Positions 1 to 10,900 of a stretch of DNA of 64,000 nucleotides are shown here, one piece after another (the first letter of the stretch is position 1; the number at the start of each line of letters is the position of its first letter). Below the pieces are notes generated by a model that worked only from the letters and a program-made list of their open reading frames with translations, was not told the origin of the DNA and did not search any database. The stretch is taken from positions 5,879,196 to 5,943,195 of the forward strand of contig NC_052158.1 of NCBI RefSeq assembly GCF_902713615.1, given 5' to 3'. Source of the stretch: Scyliorhinus canicula. Taxonomy: Eukaryota. The position numbers were made by a program, and so were the translations under genes.

Positions 1-425
1 GGAGCAGGGGAGGGTGGACAGGGAGAGGAGGGGGGGTGAATGATGAACTGAAGAGCATTCACAGAGCAGAATCTGGAGGTCAGAGAAACATTGGCAAGGG
101 TTTCGAATGCAGGCGGATTGAGGCTGGGCGAAGAAGGTGGTCTTCCGATACCAGAGGAAACGAATGCCGAGATCACCCCATAACCATCGTACCAAATCTC
201 CTGCCCTCCCGCCGTCCATTCCCATCAAGGAGGTGTCAGCTGAGTTTGCTTCAGCTGAAGACAGCAGGAACTGAAGCTGGCTTGGGAAGTACAGCTGGGA
301 CTGAATCCCAAAATGCAACCCATGGGAATAATATGGAGCGGATCTCGGGCCTAGGCCAGGTAAGCAGCCCTGAAGGATTCAATGGGGCACAGCTGGGAGC
401 GCATGCCTGAAGCTGGAACCCTGTT

Positions 426-597
426 GGGCGGCATGGTGGCACAGTGGTTGTCACTGCTGCCTCACAGAGGCAGGGACCCTGGTTCAATTCTGGACTCGGG
501 TGTCTCCCTATGAGGAGTCTGCACGTTCTCCCTGTGTGTCCGTGGGTTTCCTCTGGGTGTCTGGTTTTCTCCCACAGCCCAAAGATGTATGGGTTTG
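426..597 (+). mobile_element. V-SINE (HE1-like), 3'-truncated
   Basis: tRNA-like head with B box GGTTCAATTC, then gagtctgcacgttctccc..gggtttcctc V-domain. Confidence 0.85.
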
Positions 598-683
598 GTT
601 GAAAAAGATTTTCAACATGTCTCTCTGTATTGCTCGGATTCACCCAGCAATGATCTCATCTTCCAAAGCTGGAAAAACAAATT

Positions 684-873
684 GGGCTGAATTCTCCATC
701 GGCGGGGTCCTCCCGCTTCGCCAACAGCGTACTCATGGCAGCGGATTTACCGACGGCTTGGGAGTGCCGACACTGGAAATCCCCATTGGTCGGCTGGCGG
801 GACAGAGCATCCAGCTGCTGGCGGGGGTGCGCCGCACCAGAAAACGGGGGCGGCGGGAAGGAAAATCCCGCTC
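684..873. mobile_element. Short (about 190 bp) MITE; relatives at about 5497-5605 and 42818-43017
   Basis: GGGCTGAATTCTCC / GGAAAATCCCGCTC ends; flanks ATT/CTT. Confidence 0.65.
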
Positions 874-1138
874 CTTATCTCTGCAGGCTGTAAAAGCACA
901 TTAACTCCCCAGGGACTTCCCCTTCCTCAATTTCACCTGCTGGATGCTAAAGTCACCCAGGACGTGCACAACAGAATTCTTTTTAAACAAACACATCTTA
1001 ACCCCAGGCTTTTAACCCTTAAATTGCCCCTTACATTTACTATCCAATTTCCCGAACACATTCTAATAGTCACAGGCAGATAAAAGATCTTCCCGCCTTT
1101 GTTTTAAATGTGTTGTGTGTGCGTTTGGCCCGGTTATT

Positions 1139-2288
1139 GGTCTGGATTCTCTGATCCCGCGGCTATGTCCGCAGGATCCGTCTGTTCTTACGACCAGAAA
1201 GTCGGCGATGCCCCGTCCGGTGGGGGGGCCAGCAGAGCCCCAGGCTTTACCTGTCGATACGGCTGGAGAATGTCCGGATCCGTGGCTGCGCATGGAACCG
1301 GCCTGCCAAAAACTGCCCGCCTGTAACCAGCCTCGCTACCCCCATAGCACCCCACACCCGTTGTCATGGGAATGTCACTTTAAGAAATGTTTGTCTGCTC
1401 AAGTGGCTGCAGTGATGTCAGAGTATGGGTGGAGCTGAGCTCTGGCTCTGCTTTTTAGTTTCACTTTGAGGAAAAGCTTGGGTGAGTCTGTGGTTTTAGT
1501 TTTGTTTTTAGTGTTGGAGCTGCAGCCAGCCAAAGAAAGTGTAATTTCGATCTCTCTGCCATCAAAAGACTATCTCTAGATCATTTGGTGAATTCAGAGT
1601 GATAACTGCTCTCAGTAGAGAATTTAAACCTGACGTGCTTCTGTAAAAAGGATTTTTGTCTTATGGATATTAAAAGGAAAGTTTAAGGATTACTTAGAGT
1701 GTTGTATTCTTTGGGGGTTGTATTTGAATTGATGGTTGCTGAGATGTTCACTGTATGTTTTAAAAAGGTTAACTGAGTTCATAGAATAAACGTTGTTTTG
1801 CTTTAAAAATTACTTTTAGATTTCTGCTGCACCACACCTGTAGAGTGGGCCGTGTGCTCCCTAGACCGCAATCTAGAAAAAGTTGTGGGTCAGGTGATCC
1901 CCATGAGATACTTTGGAGTTCTCTAAACCCTGGCCCATAACACCGTGCCCCAGCCCCCGCTGAAGCTCCCCCTGCCAGCGGAACGGCTCCCGCCCCCATG
2001 ACTACGGCGGCACTGGACTCAGTCTGCAGCCGCCACGTGAGGTTCCCGAACGGTGTGAGCACATGCGCCCCATGGGAAGCAGGTCCATCGGGGGCGGAGC
2101 ATCGAGGGTAGGGCATCAGGTACCTCCCTGAGGTTTGTCCATACGGCATGCTCCCACAAGGACGCCGGTTTTGAGGGGACGGAGCCATGGAAAAAAAGCC
2201 ACCGCCTCTGATTCCAGCGTAAACGGGGATTCTGCAACTGACGGCGAACGTGATTTCGCCTCGATGATCAGCCTGGAGAATCCAACCC
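1139..2288 (+). mobile_element. GC-rich MITE split by the solo LTR
   Basis: Ends GGAGAATCCAACCC; interior matches 57815-58425 (ccatcgggggcggagcatcg, ttttgaggggacg). Confidence 0.7.
1362..1942 (+). mobile_element. Solo LTR (Gypsy-like)
   Basis: TGTCATGG...CCATAACA termini, internal AATAAA, exact 4-bp TSD CCGT (1358-1361 and 1943-1946). Confidence 0.9.
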
Positions 2289-3766
2289 ACAATGTCCACA
2301 TCATAGAACAAAACCTAATAGCTTGACATTTTAAAGCTAGCCCTCAAATCACTTCATGAGACTAGATGGGAAAAAAAACAATTATCAATAGCCCCAAAAT
2401 ATCTCATCCGATTGTGTGTGATTGCGAGTGGGAGATGGAATGGAGCGTCATCGCGAGTCATTGAAACTCCTTCAAATCACAATTTTAGAAAAAATGCTAC
2501 CCGGTGGTTTCAAGTGTTCTATGTTCTGTAAAGGGGTTTTGTTTTTGTTTTTATTGCTTGCTTTATCTTACAGTGAGGGAAATTTCTGTATCCCTTTGAA
2601 ACAACTTCAATTCCATCCATCATGTTCAATGTGCTCAGTTCAGGTTTCGTGATTCAGCAGCCGTCCTTAAACTTAATTTCAATTACCCCAGGGCAATGTT
2701 GGAAAAAGGAAATGGCGTAGACACAGAAATCAGCGCGGAAAATCTTCTTCCGCGACTCACGTCCAGCTCAGTAAATAGTGGTTAGATCACTGGGCTTGTA
2801 ATTGAGAGGCGTGGATTATTGATCCAGTGATATCAGTTTCAAATCCTACCACAATACTGTATTTAAATTCAGTTAATAAATACACTTGGAATCTAAAAGG
2901 GAGAAATGGCTCCCAGAAATGGCGACCCACGTTAAGCTCAAGGCTGTTGGAAAGAACATTTACCTCAGGAAGTGCTATACCCAGCTCATATCTTTCTGCC
3001 ACTCCAGACTCGCAGTACTGTGGTTGACCCCTAACTGCCCTCTGAACTGGAGCAATGAGTGAGCTGCCGCCATCTTGGAAACTGTGGCTGAGAAGGATCC
3101 ACTCTGGCAACCGTATCTGCTCAAGGGCAATGAGTGATGGGTAATAGAGCCTGGCCCTGCAAGCTATCGCACGCTGTCAGACGTCAATGTACCCTCACCG
3201 TGCGGACGTACAGAGCTGTGACTGCAGCTCATCTTTCTCTCCGGCTGGCCAAGGGATCCGACTCCCCCCCCCCCCCCCCCAACCAACACCTCCCAGCCGC
3301 CGCCCCAAGAGCACTTTCTTTCACCAGTTGGCTGCTGTGTATCTTCGCTCCTACCTCTGCCTGCTGTCAGCCTATTCCAGAGCTTCACTCCCAAAACACT
3401 CCCCATCCTGGATACACCTCCATGAACACAGGGAGATTTGGATCCCGAGCACCTATATCCTCACCTGATTGAATCCCATATTCTCACTCTCTTCCTTCCT
3501 GCCTTCTTCATGCTCCTTGTCCAGCACTTGAACATGAGGAGCACTGATGGATGTGAGGTGCACGAGAGGAAGGCATGTCCTGGTTCCCATTGTTCGTTCA
3601 TCTCCTACACGGTTTTGAAATTCAGTGCCCGGATTCTTTGGCCACTGAATGTGCTGTATTTGGGTCACACTCACTGATCTCCCATTGCTTTTGATTTGGG
3701 AACAGTGGGTGATGGGTTATCTGTTTAGATTTTGAAGGGTGGAAGCAGTGTCAGTGGAATGATGCG

Positions 3767-4200
3767 ATCTGTGACCTCCCACCCCCCTCTGCCCAATCTG
3801 TGACCTCCCACCCCCTTTGCCCAATCTGTGACCTCCCACCCTTTCTGCCCCAATCTGTGACCTCCCACCCCCCTCTGCCCAATCTGTGACCTCCCACCCC
3901 TTCTGCCCAATCTGTGACCTCCCACCCCTTCTGCCCAATCTGTGAACCTCCCATCCCCTCTGCCCAATCTGTGACCTCCCACCCCTTCCGCCTGATCTGT
4001 GACCTCCCACCCTCTCTGCCCAATCTGTGACCTCCCACCCCTTCTTCCCATCTGTGACCTCCCACCCCTTCCGCCCAATCTGTGACCTCCCACCCCTTCT
4101 GCCCAATCTGTGACCCCCCACCCCTTCCGCCAATCTGTGACCTCCCACCCCTTCTGCCCAATCTGTGACCCCCACCCCCTTCTGCCTGATCTGTGACCCC
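3767..4200. repeat. Minisatellite, about 28-bp unit ATCTGTGACCTCCCACCCCTTCTGCCCA, about 15 copies
   Basis: Tandem copies with variable C-runs. Confidence 0.93.
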
Positions 4201-4379
4201 CCCCCCCCCACCCCTTCCGCCCTCCATTCGTCCTTTGCCCCGCTCCTCACGCTCTCATCAAACAGCATTTCAGCTTGGCAAGCCTTAGATTATTCTAAAT
4301 ACGTCTGTTGTCCTACGGGTGATGACTTTGCAAGCGAACAGGAAGCGAAAGGCAGTGCATGAAAACTGAGGCTTCACAG

Positions 4380-4925
4380 TTAATAACCTTTGATGGAGCA
4401 GATCTTTAGCGGTTCTTTGTTTTCCCCATTGCCATTCAAGCAGGGGCTGAAGAAAGGATAGAGCCTCTCGGTGAAGGTGTCGGTGAAAGTGTGGAGATGA
4501 GCCATGTTGTCCGCGTTGTAAAATGATATCTGCCCCCTCCGTGTAGTCCAGGTAAACCCCAATCTTGCGGGGTTTTCCATTCACAGTCAGGCTGGTGCGG
4601 GGCCAACGTTCCGGCTTTATATTCATTCCTCCTCAGCCACATAATCCAGTAGCCGGACTCTGGAGTCGCCGTGATGTCCCCCTTCTGTTGATGGACTCGG
4701 CCACCACGCCAAGATCCCACTCAGTGCTTTCTCCCACCTCGACCTCCCAATAGTGCTTTCCCGCTGTGAATCCCTCCGAGGCCAAGACGCACCACAACGG
4801 GTAGAACCTCTCCGGTGTCTCGGGGAGCAGCTGACTTTGATCTCCGTATCTTACGCTGGTCAGGTCATCAGACAGGATGAGCCAGGAATGAGCTGTGTTG
4901 GGATTCAGAGTCAGGCAACTTGGAG
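4380..4925 (-). pseudogene. TRIM69-like: TRIM last exon, PRY-SPRY (B30.2), with three apparent 1-nt frameshifts (real lesions or assembly errors)
   Basis: (ct)n cccag|CTCCAAGT; [27 protein letters not shown], then [26 protein letters not shown] and [22 protein letters not shown] fall in different frames. Confidence 0.85.
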
Positions 4926-7900
4926 CTGGGAGAGAGAGAGAGAGACAAAAAACACAGACAATGAATTAATTAATCACAACTTATCGTTCATTCTAGACTG
5001 TGACTCCTAGAATCAAACTTCTTTTAATGCATTTACATCACGTGGACGTGGCTTGCCCATCCCTAATTGCCCTTGAGCTGAATGGCTTGCTAGGCCATTT
5101 AAGAGTCAACCACATTGCTGTGGGTGTGGAGTCACATGTAGGCCCAGACCAGGTAAGGACGTCAGATTTCTTTCCCGAAAGGACATTAGCGAACCAGATG
5201 GGATTTACCACAATGGTATCGCAGCCATCGTTAGACTTTTAATTCCAGATTTATTTTAGTGTGATTCGAACCTGGCTCCCCTTAGCATTCCCCTGGGCCT
5301 CTGGATTCCGAGTTCGAACAACAATACCCGCAACGCCACCCCCCCCACCCCCCGCCGTACCCAGTTCAATTTGCCTCAGCCAGCTTTCTTTAAAGCAAGC
5401 TTTTTAATTCTGCTCGTCCTTGTGTTGCCCTGCCCAGTAGTTCAATCCAATGACCTGAAATAACCCAGCACGACTAGTGAGACTTTGAGACGAATTGGCC
5501 GGGATTCTCCGATCGTGTTCTCCCCCTCACAGCTACCAACGGGAACAGAGAATCTGCGCTCCATCAAAATTCCAGCCATTGAAGTGGGATTGGAAAATTC
5601 CCACCGGCGAAGTTACGGAGGTTCCTGCCTCTGTCTTTCTAAAAGCTGGAATGAAGTATCAACACTAAATCGCTGCTTATGGAATATTTCTCTTCAACTT
5701 GTGAGAGTCCCTCCTTTGATTTCCCTTTGTTCCCATTTCTTTATTTTATTATTTTTGATCTGTGGACCTATAATCAGAGTGTGCCTTAAAGACAGAGGAC
5801 CCTCAAGCTGAGCCGACCGGCTAGTCAGGACAGTGTGTTCCAGGTTGTGTCTTTTGGAGAGGACAAATCAGACTTCTCGGCGGACGAGTGAATCTCAAGA
5901 ACCAGTTTTGGAGGAAAGTTGGTTCGATTGGTTGGCTGGTAACCTGTGGGTTGGCCAGGGACAGTGTTCCTTCTGACAACAGTCAGTGTTTGGTTCCGGC
6001 TGACTACCTCCTGAGAGAACTGAGCAGAAGTAATTCGGTGAAAAGCAGATTGCTGCGCATGCTGGAATCTGAAACAAAAACAAGAAAGTACTGGACCATT
6101 TATAAGACCATAAGACATAGGAGCAGAATTAGGCCACTCGGCTCATCAAGTCTGCCCCGCCATTCAATCAAGGCTGATATTTTTCTCACCCCCCATTCTC
6201 CTGTCTTCTCCCATAACCCCTTATCCCCTTATTAATCAAGAGTCTCTGACAGCATCTGTGGAGAGAAAAGGGAGCTGACGCTCCGAGCCTGGATGACTCT
6301 TTATCAAAGAAGTGATTTGACTTTGAAAGAAGAAATAACTCTCTCTCTGCTGGAGTAAATAACTGCTTTATTGATCTAAAACCAGTCAATGCCTGGCACA
6401 TCTTTACTATATGTTTGAAATGATGTCGAATCTACAAAAAAAGTAGACAGCTTTGCCAGAGAAAACCACCTCAAGCCTAGAAGAAGAAGTATCAAAATGA
6501 AAGCTTGAACTCCTGAAAGACAATAACTGAAAGCCATCCTNNNNNNNNNNNNNNNNNNNNNNNNNNNNNNNNNNNNNNNNNNNNNNNNNNNNNNNNNNNN
6601 NNNNNNNNNNNNNNNNNNNNNNNNNNNNNNNNNNNNNNNNNNNNNNNNNNNNNNNNNNNNNNNNNNNNNNNNNNNNNNNNNNNNNNNNNNNNNNNNNNNN
6701 NNNNNNNNNNNNNNNNNNNNNNNNNNNNNNNNNNNNNNNNNNNNNNNNNNNNNNNNNNNNNNNNNNNNNNNNNNNNNNNNNNNNNNNNNNNNNNNNNNNN
6801 NNNNNNNNNNNNNNNNNNNNNNNNNNNNNNNNNNNNNNNNNNNNNNNNNNNNNNNNNNNNNNNNNNNNNNNNNNNNNNNNNNNNNNNNNNNNNNNNNNNN
6901 NNNNNNNNNNNNNNNNNNNNNNNNNNNNNNNNNNNNNNNNNNNNNNNNNNNNNNNNNNNNNNNNNNNNNNNNNNNNNNNNNNNNNNNNNGTGTAGAGAGT
7001 GACGTAGTTGTGACAAACTAGGAGAGGGTTGGGAAATGGATATTAGGTGGTCACTTTCATTCTTGTCCATTTAATTTGATTACTACTAAGTAATAAAAGT
7101 GACTTGTGTTGAAAATTTACAAAGCTTGGTGACTGCAGTTTATTGGATTCAGCCAAGGTCCTCAAGTATTTTAAAATGTCATCTAATTTCTCTCCGGGAC
7201 ACATGGGCGCTGGGCGTTACCTCACGTGATCGAAGGGGGTTGGGACAAACATAAATTACTTTCTCATATTTACTTATCTATACTATTCTATAATGACGAC
7301 AACATAATGCAATCGTGGGAGATCAAAAATAAAAAAAACTGAAAGGGCTGTGGAGGGAAAAAGAGTGAACATTATAACTCCAACATGATTCCTTTTAGAA
7401 CTGCAGACAGGCAGGAACACGAGGGGCTTTATCTTGTTGATTAAGGTGGCAAAAGAGAAGATCAGGTTAGACAGTGGGGGGGAGGAGATTAAATGACAAA
7501 GATGTCATGGAACCAGTGGGAAAGGGTCTTGTGGCGCAGTGGGTAATTGTAGAAGCCAGCTATTATCTATAGGTAAGTGATAGGTAAAAGATAGCTATTC
7601 AGTATTAAGCCCCTAGTCTATTAAATGGCATTTTAAAACTCACTCATAACCTCAGATCATTCCAAAACACACATTCAGCATTTCAAACAATAGCTTCACA
7701 ACGAACACAACATTATAGATTAAAAACAGGGCAGCACGGTGGCCTAGGGTTAGCACAACCGCCTCACGCGCTGAGGTCCCAGGTTCGATCCCGGCTCTGG
7801 GTCACTGTCCGTGTGGAGTTTGCACATTCTCCCCGTTCTGCGTGGGTTTGCCCCCACAACCCAAAAAATGTGCAGAGTAGGTGATTGGCCATGCTAATTG

Positions 7901-10900
7901 CCCCTTAATTGGAAAAAATAATTGGGGTAATCTAAATTATAAAAAAAACTGATAGATTAAAAACGACATCCCTAACAAGACAAGGCAAGCTCCATGGCAA
8001 CAGCATAGAGACCATTATCCTAAAAGCAAGTGTCATGTGAGAGTACCTTTAAGAAATAGATATTAAGCAATGTACCTTGAAGAAATGCAGCAGCTCAACT
8101 TACTGAAGTGATGTCGGGGGGGGGGGGGGGGGGGGGGTGGGGGGTGGCTGAGCTGAGCTTTGAGGAGGGAAAGCTGGGAGTGTTTGTGCGTTTTTGCAAA
8201 AAGCTGCAAGAAGAAAACACAGAGCTGGTCTGTTGATGTCTGAAAATTCAAAGACTATGGGCGAGATTCTCCGCAATGCTGGCCATGTTTCACGGCAGCC
8301 TCCGCGCCCCCTCCCGGGACCCGATTCTCCCCCCCGGGCGGGGCTAGCAGCGGGTCCCCGTGAAGAACGGCATCGCGGCCTTAGCGACCGTCGCTAAGTC
8401 CGCGCGCCAAGCATCACGCCGGCTGACGCGCACGATAATGTCAGCCGTGTATGCGCGGATTGGACGGCTCCAACCCGCGCATGCGCGGGGCCGTCATCTC
8501 CCTCGGCCGCCCTGTGGACTGATCCTGCGGGGCGGCGGAGGGAGAAAGAGTGCGTCCGTTATGGACGCATGGGCCCATGCTTCCCTTGGCACGGCCGTGG
8601 TACGGCCGTGCCAATCGGGGCCCTCGATGCCCAGAACGGGCATGTTGTGGCCGTTTTTACGACGGCAGCAAGCAGGTGTGTTTGTGGCCGTAAAGGCCTG
8701 GGAACTCGGCCCATCGGCCTGGGGAGAATCGCTGTTCGCCGTAAAAAACGGGGAGCAGCGATTCGTGTCGTGGGGCGGCCGTGGGGGGCAGAGAATAGCG
8801 GGAGGGCGGGAAAAATGTTGGGGACGCCCTCCCGCTATTCTCTGACCCGTCGTGGGCAGCGGAGAATCGCGCCCTATAAGTATATTGAATCTAACCTCGG
8901 GCGAAATTCTCCAACCCCACGCAGGGTCGGAGAATCGCCCGGGGGCGGCGATAATCCCGCTCCCGCCATGTTCAAAATTCTCCCACCCGCCATAAAATGG
9001 CGTTCTTCAAATCCCGCCGCCCGCCTCTGAGAACGGCTGGCGCCGGCGGGATGCCATTGTTTTTTGAGGCTTAATTATTCTCCGGCCCGGATATTCTCGT
9101 GACCCGTGGCCACGTCGGCGAAAATCAAAGTTGGTTTATAATGGCGTCAACCATTGATGATGGTTGACGCCGTTCAGCTTGGAGGTGGGTGACAGGACGG
9201 GGAGAAAGATCAATTACCTACTTTGAGTGCCGGGGTGGGGGGTTGGGGGGGGGGTGTTTGGGAAGAGAGAGAGTGAAATCACTTACATCGAGTGCCGGGG
9301 GTTTCGGGGGGTTGGGGGGGGTTGGGGGTTGGGGGGGGTGAGTGGGTGGGGGTTGGGGGTTGGTGGTGGTGGGTGGGGGGGGTGGTGGGTGGGGGGTTGT
9401 TGGGGGTGGGGGGGTGTTGGGAAGAGAGAGATAAATCACTTACTTTGAGTGCGGTGGGTTGGGGGAGGGTTTGTGAGAGAGAGTGAAATCACTTACATCG
9501 AGTGCCGGGGGGTAGTGGAGGGAGGGGGGGGGGTTGGTTGGGGTGGGTATAGTGGTTGGGGTGGGGGGGGGTGGGGGTGGGGGTGGGGATGGTGGGGGGG
9601 GGGGGGGGTGGTGGGGGGTTGGGGGTGGTGGGGGGGGGTGGGGGTGGGGGGTTTGTGAAGAGAGAGAGTGAATCAATTACTTTGAGTGCCGGGGGTAGGG
9701 GTGGTGGGGGGGTGGGTTGGGGGGGTGGCAGTTGGGGGGGTGGGGGTTGGGGGGGGTGGTGGGGGTGGGGGGGTTGGGGGTGGGGGTTGGGGGGTGGGGG
9801 GGTGGGGTGGGGTGGGGGGTGGGGGTAGGGGTGGGGGGGTGGGGGCCCCTATTTGTATCATGTTTCGCCGGGCGGCGTTGATGATGTCGCCCGACGTCAA
9901 CGACGCGCACTTCCGCAGCGGGTGAAACTGACGCGTACAGCGTCACTCCGCTGCTGGCCCTTTCGGGACGGGAGATCCCGGGCTGATAAGCGGGCCCTGA
10001 CGCCTGAGTCACCAGCGCCGTTTTTGCCCGCCGGTCAAGGGCGTCACGATGCACTTCGGTGAATTTCGCCCCTCATGTCTGTTGTTAAAGGTGAAGTCTT
10101 TTGGAGGTTTGAAGGAACATTTTGAGGGATTATTTAGTGCTGTATTATTTTTGGGGTTATCTTTGAAGGAGTGTTAAGTGATCCAATGTTTATTTAAAAA
10201 GGTTAAGTTGAATTCATGGAATAAACATTGTTTTGCGTTTAAAAACCCACATGTCCATAATTGTAATTATACAATTATACAAGTACAACCACACCTGGAG
10301 AACAAGCCGTGTGCTTCAAAAGCAACAATACATTAAAGTGGGGGTTGGTTGAACTCCATGATACATTTTGGGGTTCTGAAAATGCCGCTCCCATAACACA
10401 AGCCAGCAAGAAACTGGTTCAAGCTGTATGCGATAAGGAAGCCAAATCGCATTTCATAGTTCATACAAGAATACATTTTAAATTAATGTTGCCTGTTAAT
10501 AACAGACGGCTGAGTGTTGAATCAAATTTATTTGATGTTAATTCAAACCAATTAGAATTACATTGGGGTGCAGACAGATGGCTAAATCCTGATATGATTT
10601 AGTATAACCGTGATGTCTCTTTGGCCATTTTTTACTTCGTGAATCTATCTATACTTTGACTTAACTATTCCCTGTCTCTCTATTTTTCATATTTCACTTT
10701 CTGACTTTGACTTTTGAAGTTATTACAAGCTTTTTGCCGTGAGCAAGAAAGACATTTCTGCATTACTTGAAAGTTGAATTGTCTACAAGATTGCTTCAAT
10801 TGAGTCCTTCGCCAACTGGAATTATTGGAGGAATATGACTTTAAACGATCCTCAGTTGTAATCAATAGAGGAAAATAAAACAGATTCCTATTTGCACCTG

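Larger units (their letters stand above)
8031..10398 (+). mobile_element. Solo LTR of the same family, interrupted by two MITEs
   Basis: TGTCATGT...CCATAACA; exact TSD CAAG (8027-8030 and 10399-10402). Confidence 0.88.

Noticed and set aside
3717-4268. GGRSQIG/WEVTDW repeat proteins
   Set aside because: Translations of the 28-bp minisatellite.
4633-4684. Compensating -1/+1 frameshifts rescuing the PRY-SPRY frame
   Set aside because: A TGA at 4633-4635 lies between them and a third shift follows at about 4535.
6492-7070. 192-aa ORF
   Set aside because: Artefact of reading through the N gap.
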